Shown here one piece after another: positions 56,662 through 64,000 of a DNA stretch of 64,000 bases. The first letter of the stretch is position 1. Each line of letters begins with the position of its first letter. Location: NCBI GenBank assembly GCA_964019335.1, contig OZ025664.1, positions 310,001-374,000 of the forward strand. Reading direction: 5' to 3'. Source of the DNA: Diplonema japonicum. Lineage: Eukaryota; Protista; Euglenozoa: Diplonemea. The notes beneath the pieces were generated by a model. It was given only the letters and a program-made list of their open reading frames with translations, was not told where the DNA came from and did no database searches. A program made the translations under genes and the position numbers.

Positions 56662-56737
56662 ATGGGTTTTTTATTCTACAAAAAAAAAAAAAGAATCAGT
56701 GTCTTTGTTCTTTTTGTTGTTTTTTTTTTTTTTCTAG

Positions 56738-57500
56738 ACTGTGGGAACAAACCCTGGGCCGAACGCGGACACGTCTTTAGGGCCGCGGTGAGGAAAGCCC
56801 GGAGCAGGTCGCTGGCGAACGAGAGGAACACAGTGAGAGGGATGGAGGCGGGAGCGGATCCCAAAACCAACCAACTATGGAAGACAAGGACCCGCTCATG
56901 TCCTACTGCCTGAGACGGGTTATCACCGGAGGGGTCCCCTACCTTAGCCCGCATGCAGGAACGAACCAAAGAAGCGTCCCCCTGGCACCAGAAGGTGACG
57001 GCACCGAAGAAGTCGAAGAGAGCATAAGCCAAGTCCCAACAACGACAGTACCACGCAAGGGTTCAGGTGCGACCTGTGTGAATCACCGTACCCGGACACG
57101 GTTACCCTACTCCGCCATCAACTCTACGAGTGCGCCTGCGCACAGGAAGAGCTAGCACAGGACGGCTTGGAACCACTGCGCAACAGGACAGGATGGCCCC
57201 TGTGTCTGGAATTGCACGCGATTCTGCCGAGAGGACATGACTTTGCGTACCTAGAGAAGCTGGCGAGCTCGAAGGAGTGAGCGGGGTCCTGTCCCAGTAC
57301 CTGAACCCGCTGCTACAATGGTTGTCACAACTGCGCTGGGTGGAGAAGGACACCACCTCGGAGGTGTCGGCGGTGGAACTGGCCATTGACTTCGAATGGA
57401 CGACCGGAAAGTCTTTGGGAGGCCTGCTGGAAGATAGGGCGCGCAGAATCAAAGCTCTCATCGTAAAGGGGGGCAAAAAAAAAAAAAGGAAAAAAAAATA
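56738..57500 (+). mobile_element. Decayed 3' fragment of a non-LTR retrotransposon
   Basis: Frameshifted pieces read LRRVITGGVPTLAR, CDLC-x12-H-x4-C (CCHC knuckle), GWPLCL and ELAIDFE..TG. The fragment ends in an A-rich tail. Confidence 0.65.
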
Positions 57501-57508
57501 AAAATAAA

Positions 57509-58859
<1,351 letters not shown>

Positions 58860-59580
58860 TTGGAGATACGGGGCACGAGGATTTAGATAAAAAAGAAAAA
58901 AAAAATGGAGATTTTTTTTTTGTTGTTATGAAAAATCTATCCTCCCCCCCCCCCCCCCCCTTGAGTGAAAGAGAGAGTGGGAGAATTCTGTTTCGACTAT
59001 TTGAAAAAAAAGATTGTATTTGATGGGTACTACATGCCTAGTGGGGGGGGGGGGAGGGGGGCAATGATGAGTCCTTATACCTTGTGCCCTAATGTGTTTT
59101 ATGTTTTCATGGATACCTTATTTTTTTTTAATAATTTTCTTAAAAAAAGGAATTGCGAGCGGTGTTTCCCCCCCCCCCTTTTTTTTATGCCCCCGCACTC
59201 TACTCTACCCTACCCTTTGCGAAAACAAGAAAAGAAATCCGAAGAAAATTAAAAAAGAATTTTTTTAAAGCTACCCGAAAGAAACTCTTATTTGCCCCAT
59301 TCTTTAAAAAAAAAAAAAGCTTCCTTGCAAAAGTTGTATCTTTTTTTTTTCTTCTCTCCTTTTTTTTTTCCGTAGTGTGGTGATGGTGGGGGAAGGCTTT
59401 TTTTACTCCTTTTTTTATTTTTTATTTTTTTTTATTTTTACACACTTAAACTTACCCCCCCCTCCCCTTCGCTTTTTTTTTTTTCCTTCTTCAAGCCGCA
59501 TTTTCTTTTGTGTTATTTTTGTTGTTGTCCCCCAAAATAAATATAAAAAAAAATACAGAAAACAAAAAAAAAAAAAAAAA

Positions 59581-60779
59581 ATGGGAAAATTCGACCCCCT
59601 TACGTACCTATCGCGAAGGTACAGCAATAGAAAACCGTCAACTATACGAAAGATTGTTTCTGACAATGTTGGTGTTCCAGGAATGCTGAGTCTAGCTGGC
59701 GGGCTGCCGAACCCAGCTGTGTTCCCCATCTCGGGCCTGTCAATGACTCTTCAAAACGGTACCACAATCGACGTCCCACCCAGCCAGGTCACGGAAGGTT
59801 TGCAGTATTCCGCAAGCCAGGGAATGCCGAAGCTTCTAAGCCAGCTGCACCACCTTCAACAGCGAACACACAACCCACCACACGAAGTAGAGCTTATTGT
59901 AGGAACGGGAAGCCAGTCTCTTCTCGCACAGACATTTGACATGTTATTGAACCCTGGTGACAGTCTCCTCGTAGAGGCCCCAACGTATCCTGGATCTCTT
60001 GCGGCTTTGCAACCCATTGCACCGTCGTTTGTTCCCGTGCAGACTGACGCAGAAGGTATCATCCCACAGTCGTTGCGGTCCATTCTCAACGGGTGGGATT
60101 CTTCAAAGGGACAGAAACCCCGTGTCTTGTACACCATACCAACTGGGCAGAACCCTTCAGGAGCAACAATCCCCGACGATCGCAGAATTGAGATCTATTC
60201 CATAGCGCAGGACCACGACGTTGTCATCATGGAGGACGACCCTTACTACTACCTGTACCTTGGAGGGAAGGACGGGGAGAGCAGCGTTCAACCAAAAAGT
60301 TTCATGTCCATGGACGTTGACGGGAGGGTTCTTAGATTCGATTCGCTGAGCAAAGTGCTGTCGTCTGGAATGCGTATCGGGTTTATGACCGCGAGGAAGG
60401 AGTTCATCTCGCCCATTGTGAAGGACATCCAGGGGACAGTGCTGCACACATCCAACATCGGTCAGGTCATGATCTCATCCCTCCTCGAGCAATGGGGCGA
60501 CGATGGCTGGGACGCGCATGTCTGTACCGTGAAGGCCTTCTACGCCCAACGTCGTGAGAAGTTCATCCACTACTGCGAGAAGCACCTTACAGGCCTCGCG
60601 GAGTGGGTCTACCCCAAGGCGGGCATGTTTGTCTGGTTCAAGTTTCTCCACGTGGCGGACACGCTTGACCTCATTATGGAGAAGGCCAAGAAAGAGAAGA
60701 TCCTGCTTGTCCCGGGGCAGTCCTTCTTCACTGACGGTAAGCCTAACAACTGTGTCAGGGCGTCGTTTTCTTTGGTATG

Positions 60780-60820
<41 letters not shown>

Positions 60821-60909
60821 TGACAACAACAAAAAAGGTCACTGATGAACAAATGGACGAGGCCCTTTCCCGTCTTGCCAAGCTGCTGCGCGACAATGCT
60901 GATAAGTAG
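59581..60909 (+). CDS. AADAT: Kynurenine/alpha-aminoadipate aminotransferase (class I PLP enzyme)
   Basis: Motifs SLAGGLPNP, YTIPTGQNPSG, EDDPYY and RFDSLSKVLSSGMRIG (PLP Lys). In-frame intron 60775-60837. Confidence 0.9.
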
Positions 60910-61406
60910 GGAACACAAAGTGGAGGGGTGGCGGGAAATGGAGCATCAAAGGCCTAGTTTATTATTAGCGCAGGGCCTGACAAACGTTGATTTTTTGTTT
61001 TCGGGAGTTGGGGGGAGATAAAACGTTGTGTCGCCCGCAGAAAGGGGGGGGTGGGTGTTTCATTTTTTTCCAGATTTCAGATTACGACCTTACTCCCCTT
61101 TTTAAAAAATGTTCTTTCACAACTTTCCTTTTCCCTTCTTGGTTCTGTCTTTGTGAGGCGAGAGGAAGAAAGCGCACCGCACGCACGAAAAAAAAAAAAA
61201 AAAGAACATGATAAAAAAAAAAAAAAAAAAAGAAACGTAGGAACTCTTCTTTAACCAGTGTAAAGAAGGAAGGGTAAAGAAAAAAACTCCCCCTCCCCTC
61301 CCCACTCACACACACTGCCTGTTTCTGTTCTTTTTTTTTGATGGTTCCATTCTATGTTGTTTTCCATAATCACAAACTCCTCACAACAGCAAAGTATGGT
61401 AGCAGG

Positions 61407-64000
61407 ATGGATGTCACGAAGTGGATTTTGAAGAAATTTGGCGGGGCAGAACGATTCGTGAAGCTAGATGAAGCCCACATCCACGCCGGTGTCACAAGCG
61501 CAGTGAGCCAAGGCAAAGTGACCTTCAGTGATGTAATGCTGAACGAAGTTGAAATCAACAAAATCATTGAGAAGGTGGGCCCGCAACCACTTCCCTTCGA
61601 ACTCATATCCGGCGGTGTCGGGCTGCTCACAGCCTCCATACCTTGGAACCCCGCAAGGCCCTTGGCAAGCATTGCAAACATAGTTAAGTCAGAATGGAAG
61701 GCACGGCTGGACGATGTTGTCTTGGTAGTCAACGCCCGCCATGGCACCGTCGTGCCTCATGGTAAGTTGCATGCTGAAATTTCAGATATTAAAAGTGCCA
61801 TCAAACTCCTTTTATCAGTGGCCCCCGCGTCGTCGCCAGCTACGTTTGCGTCAATCGAATACGAGCTACGGGGTCTTCCCCACCCTGACCCCTCCCTGCC
61901 ACGTAATTGCCACCTTTACCGCAATATGGGTGTCGAGCAGGTGAGTTGCAAGCTTTGCATGTCGTCCCTCGCGTCCCTCCCTAAGGGTACCACCACCTAT
62001 CAATTGCGCGATACCGTTCTTTGCAGTCTGTGTTACCACAAGACACGATTTCACGAGATGCTTCAAAACGCTCTCACGCAGCATGGATGGAACCCCACCA
62101 CTGCTTCCTTCCCCGATAAAACACCCCGCACCCAGCCCCACGACATGCGAGCCACCGTTACCCTCATTGTCTCGGAGCATATACAAACCTTCCGCAACAG
62201 AGTGCCGGAGTGGGTCGCTGGTGACGTCGGCGGACACTTCCACCAAGAGATCAGCGGTTTATTCGGGAAGGATTTCCTGGTGCAGGACATCGTCCTTGCG
62301 GAGGTACCTGTTTACGACGCTGTTGAGTGGGCAGACGAGGCGGGCGAGAAGGTCCGCATGCAGCTCCGCGATAAATCGCTTTTCAAGGCAGTTCAGGGCA
62401 GCTACACACAAGTTCAGTCCATATCGTACTCCAGCAGCAATTCCGTACACATGATTTACGATCAAAATAGAAAAGGTGGGCGTGTCCCTGCCCATGTACT
62501 GTCACCTTTACGAGCACTCGCATCGCAGGCAGGCGTCAGCCATAATATACCACCCATCACGGCTCCTGCCAACCAAGTGCACGGCACACGTGTGACCATC
62601 ACCCTTCACGGTGTGCCTGGTATCACATATATTACTGATATTCACAAGGTCCTCGAAAGAGTTCTTGCGAAGGCTAGCTTTTCCTTCCTCTGTCTCTCTT
62701 CTCGTGTTGCTGTTTCCTGGGAACGGGTTCGTGCTTCGAGGAGCTTGGCGTCATCGTTGCAGCAGGCAGTCAAATGGATGGAATCAAGGCAGGCTTTGCA
62801 AGACTTTGAGTGGAGCAAGCTGCAGGCAAGCGCCGCGTTCGACCAGCCTGGCATGATCGAGAGGATTCGGGAGACGGCCACGCGTTGCATGAATGTCGAG
62901 GTGGGGAAGATCACCATCGTGCTCGCCAATCAGGAGCACTCCAGTGTGTTGGGTTGTTCGCTGGATAATGTAAGCCTTGTTTCCACACCTGAGTCCAATC
63001 ATGTAGCCATGCACAAAAACCTCTCAATCACGGGGCTTGGCATCTTTGCCGATCAAGGCCCACAAGTGGCAGCCCTGCTGTCTCGTTTGAAGAGCAGCAA
63101 GTCTCCAGCTGACCTTTCATCGCAGCTCCAGCCTCTCAAGAAGTGGCTCCTCCGTCCAATGAGTACTACGATAAAGTACAGCGAGCTTGAGAGAACAGCA
63201 CCAAAAGATGAGGCGCTTTTGCGGATGCCTGCAAGGTTCAACATCGGTGTGTCTATCTCGGCCGTAGAACTGCAGGTACTCAGAACACACATCCAATCGC
63301 TTGCTGTTTTCAAAAGATTCTTCTCGTTGCACACCCTAAAAATGAAATACAAAAAACTTGATAAATTTGCAGAATCGAAGGTCTGGTGGCGGCACGCTGT
63401 CGCTTGTGTCACAAAGGAGGTGAAGGACAAATACTGCGGCTCCTTGCGAGTTTCTCGGGGTAAAGATCTCCTGAAACAAGACTACATCAAAATGTACAAG
63501 AGGAGCTTGAGGGAGGTGCAAGGGTACCCCGTGACCTCTGATGAGGATATGGACGGGTGGTACTCTCCCCTTCCTGTTAGCAAGCAACATCGTAAAGGGC
63601 TTCATGTGAAGTACTTCGAGCTACTGGAGTCGGTGATTGCTGTCGACGTCCTCCTGCAGTACAGGGCACAGGCGGTGAATGAAGTGAAGGATGAAATTGC
63701 GGTGAGGTTGCTGGATACAGATGCACGTAATGCGCTATACGTGTCGCGCGAAAAGCTCCTGAACAAAAAACTGCAGGCAGAGGAAAGCAAGGAGCAGTCC
63801 TTTTTCTCCCGAGGGGTTTCTGTGCTCACAGGAGCTATGAAGAAAAGCGTCACAATGCTTGGACTGAGCCAGACCTTGAAGGATTTCAGTGTCCTGCCTT
63901 GGAACACAACACTCAATGAACTGCTCAGAGTGCAGGAAGAGATCAAGGCTGCTGCTGGGTTCAATGATGACGGTGAGCACGTATCAGACGAGAGGCTCCC
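61407..64000 (+). CDS. VPS13: VPS13-like lipid transfer protein (Chorein-N), truncated by the window end
   Basis: The ORF has no stop in the window, so it is missing from the ORF track. Motifs GKVTFSDVML, LPFELISGGVGLLTASIPW, LDDVVLVV, MNVEVGKITIVL and KVWWRHAVACV. Confidence 0.8.
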   Translation, partial: MDVTKWILKKFGGAERFVKLDEAHIHAGVTSAVSQGKVTFSDVMLNEVEINKIIEKVGPQPLPFELISGGVGLLTASIPWNPARPLASIANIVKSEWKARLDDVVLVVNARHGTVVPHGKLHAEISDIKSAIKLLLSVAPASSPATFASIEYELRGLPHPDPSLPRNCHLYRNMGVEQVSCKLCMSSLASLPKGTTTYQLRDTVLCSLCYHKTRFHEMLQNALTQHGWNPTTASFPDKTPRTQPHDMRATVTLIVSEHIQTFRNRVPEWVAGDVGGHFHQEISGLFGKDFLVQDIVLAEVPVYDAVEWADEAGEKVRMQLRDKSLFKAVQGSYTQVQSISYSSSNSVHMIYDQNRKGGRVPAHVLSPLRALASQAGVSHNIPPITAPANQVHGTRVTITLHGVPGITYITDIHKVLERVLAKASFSFLCLSSRVAVSWERVRASRSLASSLQQAVKWMESRQALQDFEWSKLQASAAFDQPGMIERIRETATRCMNVEVGKITIVLANQEHSSVLGCSLDNVSLVSTPESNHVAMHKNLSITGLGIFADQGPQVAALLSRLKSSKSPADLSSQLQPLKKWLLRPMSTTIKYSELERTAPKDEALLRMPARFNIGVSISAVELQVLRTHIQSLAVFKRFFSLHTLKMKYKKLDKFAESKVWWRHAVACVTKEVKDKYCGSLRVSRGKDLLKQDYIKMYKRSLREVQGYPVTSDEDMDGWYSPLPVSKQHRKGLHVKYFELLESVIAVDVLLQYRAQAVNEVKDEIAVRLLDTDARNALYVSREKLLNKKLQAEESKEQSFFSRGVSVLTGAMKKSVTMLGLSQTLKDFSVLPWNTTLNELLRVQEEIKAAAGFNDDGEHVSDERL

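Noticed and set aside
57441-57458. gcgcagaatc and aatcaaagc shared between the retroposon fragment and the SINE-like repeat
   Set aside because: Matches of 9-10 nt are expected by chance for sequences of these lengths.

Overview
Eukaryotic nuclear DNA, most likely a euglenozoan. A diplonemid-like organism is inferred from the kinetoplastid-style gene organisation, PEX7 with a Pro-rich tail, a BT1 transporter and an MPK3-like kinase, combined with frequent cis-introns. About 30 protein genes all lie on the + strand, some only 80-120 nt apart, separated by homopolymer-rich spacers with pyrimidine tracts and often an A-run just before the ATG. This fits polycistronic transcription with trans-splicing. 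Twelve genes carry 28 manually inferred GT-AG mini-introns (32-75 nt). Most start GTAT(G), end ACAG or AAG, and are filled with poly(A) rather than a polypyrimidine tract. Recognisable genes: papain-family protease with extra repeats, PEX7, DPCD, TMLD/BBOX-type dioxygenase, TerB-like protein, NAP1, BRO1-domain protein, DsbA/FrnE, NAXD, degenerate myosin-motor-like protein, WWE-PARP, AAR2, IFT121/WDR35, SerRS, four-domain Ca2+ channel (DEEE filter), BT1 transporter, MAPK, AADAT-like aminotransferase and a VPS13-like gene running off the window. Non-coding features: a C/D snoRNA cluster (33.6-34.3 kb), a ~320-nt SINE-like family (3 full copies plus 1 fragment), a decayed non-LTR retroposon fragment in front of the MAPK, and an apparently undescribed family of bulged-C hairpins upstream of three metabolic genes. 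All calls are by eye with no database search. Homopolymer lengths may carry sequencing error.
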